Positions 22,278 to 29,807 of a stretch of DNA of 64,000 nt are shown piece by piece. Below the pieces are notes generated by a model. That model was not told the DNA's origin, did not search any database, and worked only from the letters and a program-made list of their open reading frames with translations. Position numbers and translations under genes: made by a program. Positions within the stretch are counted from its first letter, which is position 1. The number at the start of each line of letters is the position of its first letter. Source of the stretch: Cyanobacteria bacterium P01_A01_bin.123. GTDB lineage: Bacteria > Cyanobacteriota > Cyanobacteriia > Phormidesmidales > Phormidesmidaceae. The stretch lies in contig JBCBZT010000003.1 in assembly GCA_039815185.1 (NCBI GenBank), positions 128,001 to 192,000 on the forward strand. Reading direction: 5' to 3'.

Positions 22278-22483
22278 AGAGACATACGGTTCGTCCTTTT
22301 ATGACTTCTATGGGTATTAAATCCTGAGCGGTTAAGTAGGGGCAAATGCAGGCGTGAGTCGCCACTGGTATGGGGGCGCAGTCACTAGGATGATCCAGAT
22401 TAGAAAATCGGCATAATTTGTGCTGTTGAGCGGCAAACAATTGTTTAGGCTCAAAACAACGATTTTCCATTTAGATCCCTTGC

Positions 22484-23470
22484 ATGAACAGTCCAATCCC
22501 GTCTCCCATGAGCAATACAACGCCGACTCAATTGACTCAGGCTTTAAATGATAATCAAACTCAGGGAACTACTACGCTTACCCCTGAAGTTTTGCAGCGG
22601 GTACGGGAGGGGATTGCCGCAGGTCGTAGCGAGTTGGTGCGTTGGAGCGTGCGAGAAGCCTTTGAACAATTTGAACGTTTGCGCGCTGGCAAACGCGATC
22701 GCCGGGTGTCTGGTCGTCTGAGGCAAAAGGTTCTGAGGGGATTAACCCACAGCTTGTTTCAAATCCGGGTAGAGCAGGCAGAAAATATTCCCAATATGCC
22801 CTGTATTGTCACAGCTAATCACTTAAGCCACATTGATCCGTTTATTTTGCTGGGTGAACTGTCGGCACCGCCTTTCTACTACATCATGGGCGATGCTCGT
22901 ACCCTCTATAACAACTGGTGGAAGCGCTGGGTACTCAACTGGGCGGGGGGATTGATTCCATTGAACCGCTGGTGGAAAGAAGAATTAGCGGTGATTGAAG
23001 CCGCCCAAACTGAAGTTAACTCAGAACTTCAAGCATTGGCGACGGCGATTGAACAGTCGGTTCCCTCTGGCGGAGATTTGAAGACAACCCGACAACTGGA
23101 TCGGGCTGTACAGGCAATTTTTGACGGCGGGGATAGCTTAATGCTGTTTCCAGAGGGGCGGTTGGGTGCTCAGGAAGGCCACCTGCATTTGCCGCTAAAG
23201 CGTGGCACAGTACTGTACGCCCTGCGCGGTGGGGTACCGATTGTTCCCGTCTCGATTGTGGGCACCCAAGATTTGCACTGGCGCAAACCCATTAACCTCA
23301 AATTTGGCAAACCGCTGTATTGTGAACCGATGCCGCGCCCAACGAAACAAGCCATTGATCAGATGCTGAAACGATTAACCGAAGCCCTGCTGGATCTGTT
23401 GCCGCCCTGCTACGAAGAACCCAAAGGCGCAAAACCGCTCCGCCACACGCTTAACCATTTGTTTTGGTAA
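22484..23470 (+). CDS. Lysophospholipid acyltransferase (PlsC family)
   Basis: NHLSHID (HX4D), FPEGR, VPIVPV; start may be 22508. Confidence 0.9.
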   Translation: MNSPIPSPMSNTTPTQLTQALNDNQTQGTTTLTPEVLQRVREGIAAGRSELVRWSVREAFEQFERLRAGKRDRRVSGRLRQKVLRGLTHSLFQIRVEQAENIPNMPCIVTANHLSHIDPFILLGELSAPPFYYIMGDARTLYNNWWKRWVLNWAGGLIPLNRWWKEELAVIEAAQTEVNSELQALATAIEQSVPSGGDLKTTRQLDRAVQAIFDGGDSLMLFPEGRLGAQEGHLHLPLKRGTVLYALRGGVPIVPVSIVGTQDLHWRKPINLKFGKPLYCEPMPRPTKQAIDQMLKRLTEALLDLLPPCYEEPKGAKPLRHTLNHLFW

Positions 23471-23520
23471 TAAGACTAAGAAAGGCTTCTAATTCGGATA
23501 AATCGGGTAAAAAAGGAAGC

Positions 23521-23568
23521 CAAAATAAAGAAGTCAGGAACCAGCATACAAACTGATTCCTGACTTCT
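23521..23568 (-). terminator. Intrinsic terminator for the rbp-rpsU transcript
   Basis: Stem AGAAGTCAGGAACCAG / CTGATTCCTGACTTCT (mismatch is G-U on the minus RNA) followed on minus by TTATTTTG. Confidence 0.75.
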
Positions 23569-23766
23569 AAGCCTTGATCGAATCCAGAACTATCATTTCG
23601 CTTTAGGAGCGCGCAGCTCTGTGCCCCCTACACAAACTTTCAAATCAGAAGTGGTTTAACGTCTGATTTCTAGATTCTGTCTTAGGTGCAATTTCTGACT
23701 TTGAGGGGATTAACTCAAAGTCATAGAACCCCGATTGCCTGTTAGACAATCGGGAGGGGGAGGAAG

Positions 23767-23955
23767 TTATCGCCGCGATCGCCGCTTTTGTTGACGATGT
23801 CGGCTTAACTCTTTACGCTTTTGCTTTTCTAGTGGCGTCTCAAAGAACCGATTCTTTTTCATGTCTGGGAAGAGACCAGCCTGCGAAACCTTTCGCTTAA
23901 AGCGTCTAAGAGCAGATTCGATACCTTCGTTTTCCCCAAGGATGACTTGGGCCAT
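23767..23955 (-). CDS. rpsU: 30S ribosomal protein S21
   Basis: [39 protein letters not shown]. Confidence 0.96.
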   Translation of the reverse strand: MAQVILGENEGIESALRRFKRKVSQAGLFPDMKKNRFFETPLEKQKRKELSRHRQQKRRSRR

Positions 23956-24048
23956 AGCCCCTCCTGTACTAAACAATACTGATAAGAAATCAAAAGGGGC
24001 AGCGTTGCGACGTGCCCCCAAAACACTATGCCACGAGTTGTGGGTAGC

Positions 24049-24357
24049 CTAGAAAGAATTGCGGCGGTAATTGTTGCCACCGCGGCCCCCACCGCCACCA
24101 CCATTGCTTCTGGGCTCTCGTGGTTTGGCTTTATTAACGCGCAAATCACGACCCATCCATTCAGCGCCATCCAACGCTTCAATGGCGGCATCTTCTTCGG
24201 TCTCAGAAGACATATCTACAAAGGCAAAACCACGCATGCGACCCGTTTCGCGATCGGTCGGCAGGCTAACCCGACTGACACTGCCATACTCGGCAAACAC
24301 CTCAATAATGTCATCCTGCGTAACTTTGTACGATAAATTTCCAACGTAAATAGACAT
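24049..24357 (-). CDS. RRM RNA-binding protein with Gly-rich tail (Rbp family)
   Basis: RNP2 IYVGNL, RNP1 RGFAFV, WMGRDLRVNKAKPRE, GGGG tail. Confidence 0.95.
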   Translation of the reverse strand: MSIYVGNLSYKVTQDDIIEVFAEYGSVSRVSLPTDRETGRMRGFAFVDMSSETEEDAAIEALDGAEWMGRDLRVNKAKPREPRSNGGGGGGRGGNNYRRNSF

Positions 24358-24587
24358 GGGGTAAGGACATCTCCTTAGTCAAGAACAGTAGCGGTGATCG
24401 GAGTGGCCTGTAAACAAAATGAGTCAAGCATGTTCTACCGAAAATCAGCCTGACAATACCTTAACACTGTCTTTTGGTTCGTGGCTGTATCGCCAGGACT
24501 GACCCAAGAATTAATACAGGTTTTTAGAAACTTTTTAATAAAACTATATATTTTGCTTGATGGCTGTAGGAGTCTTGCATTATTCAA

Positions 24588-25745
24588 TTATTCGCTAAGA
24601 CTTGAGGGCGTGTCCTTTCGGACAGTTTGGCTCGTCTCCTGACCAAGGGTTTGATCCGGGCTGTTTGTCTGTGTCATTGGCTTAGCTGCGCTAGATGGGT
24701 TAGTTCCGTCCTCAGCAATGCTGGTGTCGTCCAGATAGTCTTTGATCCAGGCTTCTTCAATCCAGACCCGGCTGACGACGGTCAAGGGTAAGGCGAGAAC
24801 TAAGCCAACAGGGCCGAAGAAGGTGGCAAAAAATAGTTGGGAAACTAGGGTCGCTGCGGGTAGCAGAGAGACCTGATGTTTCATGATTGTGGGCTGCAGG
24901 ACGTAGCTTTCGAGGTTTTGAATAATGATGTAAAGCACAACGACTGCGATCGCGCTGCCGATGGAGTTTGATAGCGCGACCCCGAGGGGAAACACGGCAC
25001 TTAAGGCAGGCCCGATATTGGGAATAAAATTAAACACCCCAGCTAAAACCGCGTGGGCAAAGGCAAAATCAACCCGTAATATGAGCAACCCGGCAAAACT
25101 GAACAAAGCGACAAACAAAGAACTTAGGGACACCCCGCCTAACCATCCGAGTAAAGCTGTTTCACACTTGTCAAAGATGCCATCGGCGCGGCGACGATAG
25201 CTAGACGGAAATAACCGGATCAGCAGTTTGCGGTAGGCTAGCGGATCGGCGGCCAGCATCAGCGTGATCACGGTGACCAGCAAAAGCTGTAGCATGATGG
25301 CCACAGAACTTGAGAAAAAGGTAATAAAGTTGCCAAATACTCGACTGGAGACCCCGCCTAACTGTTGAATCACGGAGGGAAAATCGGGCAGCTCTAAATC
25401 TTGCGGAATCCAGGGAGGGGGATTCGTGGTGATTTGATCCAGCCAGTCTAGAAGCGCGTCAAATCCTTGCGGCAGTAAGGTCAATAGCTCTTGAAACTGG
25501 GTGGCAAAGGGGGGGAGCACCACAGCTAAAATTAATAGTCCAGCGATCGCGACGATGGCGATCGCCGCCAGAAGCGATCGCGACCGTGGCCAACCCAACC
25601 GTCGCTGAATGAAACGGATGAGGCTATTCAGGGCGATCGCCAGAACCATTGCCGTAAACAGCAACAGCAAAATCTGCCGAAACTGCCAAAGAATGACCAG
25701 CGCAATCGACAGACATAGGAAGCTAACTAGGGTCCGAAGCGTCAT
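24588..25745 (-). CDS. AI-2E family transporter
   Basis: Multi-TM; FIPNIGP, QNLESYVLQP, G.VGLVLALPL. Confidence 0.9.
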   Translation of the reverse strand: MTLRTLVSFLCLSIALVILWQFRQILLLLFTAMVLAIALNSLIRFIQRRLGWPRSRSLLAAIAIVAIAGLLILAVVLPPFATQFQELLTLLPQGFDALLDWLDQITTNPPPWIPQDLELPDFPSVIQQLGGVSSRVFGNFITFFSSSVAIMLQLLLVTVITLMLAADPLAYRKLLIRLFPSSYRRRADGIFDKCETALLGWLGGVSLSSLFVALFSFAGLLILRVDFAFAHAVLAGVFNFIPNIGPALSAVFPLGVALSNSIGSAIAVVVLYIIIQNLESYVLQPTIMKHQVSLLPAATLVSQLFFATFFGPVGLVLALPLTVVSRVWIEEAWIKDYLDDTSIAEDGTNPSSAAKPMTQTNSPDQTLGQETSQTVRKDTPSSLSE

Positions 25746-25758
25746 AGTGAGTCTAGGC

Positions 25759-26121
25759 TCAGTAGTCCAACGTCATCATATCGACGCCGTCAGTCCGGTC
25801 ACTATCGGTAGCATCGTTGCCATTCATCCCGTGGCGACTAGGTTCATAGACGTTACTCGTCGGCATTGGGTCTTGACTGATGCCCTGTTCTGATGCCCGT
25901 AGGTGCTGGGCCTTGTTTTCTAACGTATTGACCTGCGCGTCAATTGTCTCCAGGCGTTGATTGACCTGATGCGTGCGCCGCTCTAGCTCGATCAATTCCC
26001 GTTGTAGACGTTTGCGCTCAATCGTCAACTTATAAATATCAAGGTAGTGAGCCGATTCCGAACGTTGACGCGGCATGGTGCTAATTTTGGGACGATGACC
26101 GCTGGGGCGCTTAGGATGCAT
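25759..26121 (-). CDS. GvpV-like coiled-coil protein
   Basis: PKISTMPRQRSE.AHYLDIYKL.IERKRLQREL resembles cyanobacterial GvpV from memory. Confidence 0.65.
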   Translation of the reverse strand: MHPKRPSGHRPKISTMPRQRSESAHYLDIYKLTIERKRLQRELIELERRTHQVNQRLETIDAQVNTLENKAQHLRASEQGISQDPMPTSNVYEPSRHGMNGNDATDSDRTDGVDMMTLDY

Positions 26122-26360
26122 GGGTTCACCTGAACAAGGGCACAAAACTGAACTCAGAATTCCCAGGGCAACACTGCCCTATCGACAGCCTAACGGATGT
26201 TGGCAAATCTATTGAAAATCCGAAGTTTTATGACGCGGTGCCTTGATTTACAGTCCGACCCTGATCTCAGCCCAATAATTAAGGCGCAGTGATTGATCAA
26301 ATGCTGATTATGAACTGGGAAAACCCACGGGTTTTCGTTTGTGAGGCGATGTCGCGACCC

Positions 26361-28049
26361 ATGAAACCTCAAATTATTGTCTGTGGGCTAGGCCGCACGG
26401 GATACCGCATATTTGCTTTGCTGATGCAACAAGGGGCGCAGGTGGTAGGTATTAGTACCGTACCCTTATCGAATGCTCAAGGCAAGATCGTTGTGGGTGA
26501 TATGCGTGCTGCCTCAACCCTTTTGGCTGCGGGCATTATGGAGGCCCACACGTTGGTGCTGGCCAATTCTGACGATGCCTTGAATCTCGGCATTTTGACC
26601 CAGGCCCGGTTGATCAACCCCCACATTCGCATTATCAATCGATTGTTTAATGCTGGTTTGGGCGATCGCCTCGATCGCACCTTACCCCACCACGTCAGTA
26701 TGAGTGTTGCTGCCCTGGCAGCGCCGTTATTTACCTTTGCGGCTTTGGGGAACCGGGCCATTGGCCAGATTTCTTTATTTGAGGGTACCTGGCCTATCCA
26801 CGAGGAATTAATTGACGAGCAGCATCCCTGGTGTGGGCTGATGCTCAAATCGCTTTGGGAAAATCGGACACGCATGTTGATCTATTACTTGCCTGTAGAT
26901 CGGCAGATGGATTTGGTTTCGGCAGTGACCCATGAGGTTAGGCTGGCGACAGGCGATCGCGTGATCGTGGCCACTAAGCCCAGCGTGCAGCGATCGCGGC
27001 GATTTTGGCGAAAACAGTGGCAAATGCTGTTGTCTAGTCTGTCCCAGTTTCGGCGCAAGAGTCGCAGTGGCCTATTAGTTTTGCTGGCTTTGTTTTCGAC
27101 GATTGCGGTGGCTAGCATTACCTACATCAGTCTGGAGATGAACACGTCATTTGTGGATGCCCTATATTTCTCTGTGGGCATGATCACCGGGGCGGGCGGC
27201 ATGGAGCAAGTGGCTGAGCAGTCCCCTAGTCTGGTGAAACTATTTACTGCGATTATGATGCTGGTTGGAGCGGGGGTGATTGGCATTTGCTATGCCCTAC
27301 TCAACGACTTTATTTTGGGAACCCACCTACAACAGCTTTGGAATACGGCCCGGCTACCCCAGCGGCAACATTATATTGTTTGCGGTCTGGGGGGAGTAGG
27401 TTATCAAATCGTCAGTCAACTCCACGGCATGGGCTATGACGTGGTGGTGATTGAGCACGACCCCAATGGCCGTTTTCTGCATGCGGTGCGTAGCTTAAAG
27501 GTGCCTGTGATTTTGGGGGATGCGACTGTGGCATCTACGTTAGACATGGCCAATGTCAAAACCGCTGCTGCCTTACTCGCGGTGACCAGTGATGACACGA
27601 TCAACCTCGAAATTGCCCTCAGCAGTAAGGGAATATTCCCTCGTTTGCCTGTGGTGGTGCGGACCCATGATTCGGCGTTTGCGACTCAGGTGCAGCAAGT
27701 GTTTGAGTTTGAGATGGTGATGAGCCCTACGGAGCTAGCGGCTCCGGCTTTTGCGGCAGCGGCGATTGGCGGGCGGATTTTTGGCAACGGCATGATGGCG
27801 AATAGTCTTTGGGTTGCGATCGCGACGCTAATTACCCCTGGCCATCCTTTCTTTGGCAAGACGGTGCAAGCTGTGGCCACAACTTCAGATCTCGTGCCGC
27901 TTTATATTGAATCCGGTGAAACCCAGATCCATGGTTTGGCGCTGCTAGATTATATGCTGAGCAATAACGACGTGCTGTACCTGACGATGCCTGCCAACCG
28001 CCTCGATCAGCTCTGGCGACACACGAGTTCGTCGTTAATTGCGGGGTAA
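26361..28049 (+). CDS. Potassium channel protein with TrkA-N/TrkA-C (RCK) domains
   Basis: Two IVCGLGxxG Rossmann motifs flanking a 2-TM pore (DALYFSVGMITGAG). Confidence 0.88.
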   Translation: MKPQIIVCGLGRTGYRIFALLMQQGAQVVGISTVPLSNAQGKIVVGDMRAASTLLAAGIMEAHTLVLANSDDALNLGILTQARLINPHIRIINRLFNAGLGDRLDRTLPHHVSMSVAALAAPLFTFAALGNRAIGQISLFEGTWPIHEELIDEQHPWCGLMLKSLWENRTRMLIYYLPVDRQMDLVSAVTHEVRLATGDRVIVATKPSVQRSRRFWRKQWQMLLSSLSQFRRKSRSGLLVLLALFSTIAVASITYISLEMNTSFVDALYFSVGMITGAGGMEQVAEQSPSLVKLFTAIMMLVGAGVIGICYALLNDFILGTHLQQLWNTARLPQRQHYIVCGLGGVGYQIVSQLHGMGYDVVVIEHDPNGRFLHAVRSLKVPVILGDATVASTLDMANVKTAAALLAVTSDDTINLEIALSSKGIFPRLPVVVRTHDSAFATQVQQVFEFEMVMSPTELAAPAFAAAAIGGRIFGNGMMANSLWVAIATLITPGHPFFGKTVQAVATTSDLVPLYIESGETQIHGLALLDYMLSNNDVLYLTMPANRLDQLWRHTSSSLIAG

Positions 28050-28075
28050 TTAGGAAACCGCAAGCCCATTGCTTT

Positions 28076-28372
28076 ATGGACATTGAGTATCGTCTGGAGG
28101 ATTTTGAATTTGAGTGGAATGAAAGCAAAGCCCAGACGAACTTTGCGAAACATGGCGTGACCTTTATAGAGGCTGCAGAGGCTTTTCTAGATCCTTTTTA
28201 TGTTGTTGGGGATGCATCAGTAAATAAGGAAGAACGAGAATTTGTGTTGGGATATTCTCTAGCTGAGCGATTGCTGCTGGTTGTTCATATTGAGCGAGGT
28301 GCCAGAATTAGAATAATTTCAGCCCGTCTTGCCACTCGTACTGAGCGGAGGTTGTATGAGCAATATCAATGA
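28076..28372 (+). CDS. BrnT family toxin (DUF497)
   Basis: FEWNESKAQTNFAKHGVTF, RIRIISARLAT..ERRLYE. Confidence 0.9.
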   Translation: MDIEYRLEDFEFEWNESKAQTNFAKHGVTFIEAAEAFLDPFYVVGDASVNKEEREFVLGYSLAERLLLVVHIERGARIRIISARLATRTERRLYEQYQ

Positions 28373-28661
28373 AGATATGGGAGAAAATTTGGAGCTGAGG
28401 ATTCGTCCACGAGAATCTGAAACGGTTTCGATTTCAATCCCGAGAGATACATTGGAATCACTTGAAAAGGTAGCCATCCAACAGGAAATGTCTTTGGCAG
28501 CGCTGCTTAGGTTTTATATTGGCAGATGCTTGCGTCAGGATCTCAGTCAGATGTTCGCCCATCAAGTGCTGGATTCGACTGCGAAGGTTTTAGCTAGACA
28601 TCATCATTCCGAAGCTGAAGTTGCCCAAATCTTGAAAGAAATTCAACTAGAGACCAAATAA
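28356..28661 (+). CDS. Putative ribbon-helix-helix antitoxin
   Basis: Overlaps the toxin 3' end; TVSISIPRDTLESLEKVA..MSLAALLRFYI RHH pattern. Confidence 0.7.
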   Translation: MSNINEDMGENLELRIRPRESETVSISIPRDTLESLEKVAIQQEMSLAALLRFYIGRCLRQDLSQMFAHQVLDSTAKVLARHHHSEAEVAQILKEIQLETK

Positions 28662-28669
28662 GACTCATA

Positions 28670-29002
28670 CTACCCAACAGCAAATTCGGTGAATTGGCGT
28701 TTGAAGGGGGAGTGGAAGGCGAGGACGATGTCGTGTTTGGGGACGCCGTGTTTGACGAGTTCGAGGGCGATGCCGCCTTCGGTGCCGTCGTCGTGTTGAA
28801 TCCAGATTTTGTTGTCTTTGATGTCGAGGTGGAGGACGCAGCCGTAGACGCGGCGTTTGTTTGACCAGCCGACGTAGACAACCTGGTAATGGTCGCGTTG
28901 GGTGTCAAAGATGGCTTCAGCTTCCACATTATTGGCGCGAATATTGCTGTATTCCTCTAGTAGCTTTTGGACGAGCTGACGATACTGATTTACTTCTGCC
29001 AT
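28670..29002 (-). CDS. xisI: XisI protein
   Basis: FDTQRDHYQVVYVGW, GCVLHLDIKDNKIWIQHD.GTE, GVPKHDIVLAFHSP. Confidence 0.92.
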   Translation of the reverse strand: MAEVNQYRQLVQKLLEEYSNIRANNVEAEAIFDTQRDHYQVVYVGWSNKRRVYGCVLHLDIKDNKIWIQHDDGTEGGIALELVKHGVPKHDIVLAFHSPFKRQFTEFAVG

Positions 29003-29405
29003 TTTGTAATCACCTCCTCTTATGGATTGTAAACAACTAGGTGGACTTGATGGCGTTGAACCAGTAATCGTGGAAGTTCCAGGGTGAAGAAGTCACGATA
29101 GGTGTCGGCGGGGATAGCAAGATAAAGGAAGCGGTCAGCCCAACTGTTTCCAAAGCGAGTTGATATTTCAAGAATTGTCCTAGAGCAGCATCAAATTCGG
29201 TTGCCGCCGATGAACCAATGAAGCTTTTGACCTCAACGGCAATCTTTTCGTTACCTCGCTCGTCAGCAAAGAGCTGTTCAGCACCGAGATCGATGTACAT
29301 TTCTAAACCACCAAAGCGGAGGAAAAACGGATCGTCAGTAATTGTCCAACCGTCTTTTTTGAGGGCGCGCTTGACAGCATTGTGAAAAATGTCTTTAGCG
29401 ACCAT
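28990..29405 (-). pseudogene. xisH: XisH pseudogene (frameshift near 29140 and premature TAA at 29020-29022)
   Basis: AKDIFHNAVKRALKKDGWTITDDP..KIAVEVKSF..ALGQF; second frame continues DRFLYLAIPADTYRDFF..VVYNP*EEVITKWQK*. Confidence 0.88.
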
Positions 29406-29461
29406 GGTGTTGCTCCGAGATTGCTGCCTACCGTTTTTGCATTTGTTTATATAGATAGCAA

Positions 29462-29593
29462 TCAACCACAAGGTTGAGGAACTTCTGAATATTGGTAGGT
29501 TTTTCCAGAGTTGAAGATGACCAGGAGAGTTTCATTTTCTTCATGGTAGCCAAAGGCTTGAACTATACTGGATTCAACAAGCTACAACTTCAT
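29462..29593 (-). pseudogene. KTSC-domain gene remnant
   Basis: Hand translation MKL*LVESSIVQAFGYHEENETLLVIFNSGKTYQYSEVPQPCG*. Confidence 0.8.
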
Positions 29594-29807
29594 AGGACAA
29601 TGCTCCTCTGCAAAGATATTACGGAGATTTTGGGCTACATTGCGGTTTTGAGTCAAGTAGATTTTGATAAACGGATTTGAAGCAATAGTTGGCGAAGAAG
29701 GCTCTAGTGACGGGGGCGAAAAATGATAGAGTGAGCCCCAATTTAGCTCCGCACATGGTCTAGGTGAATCGGAATGACTAATGGGAGAAGTTTTGCAATA
29801 GCTAGAT

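Noticed and set aside
28670..29405. xisHI as evidence of a heterocyst excision element
   Set aside because: No xisF-type recombinase and no interrupted nif or fdxN gene in the window
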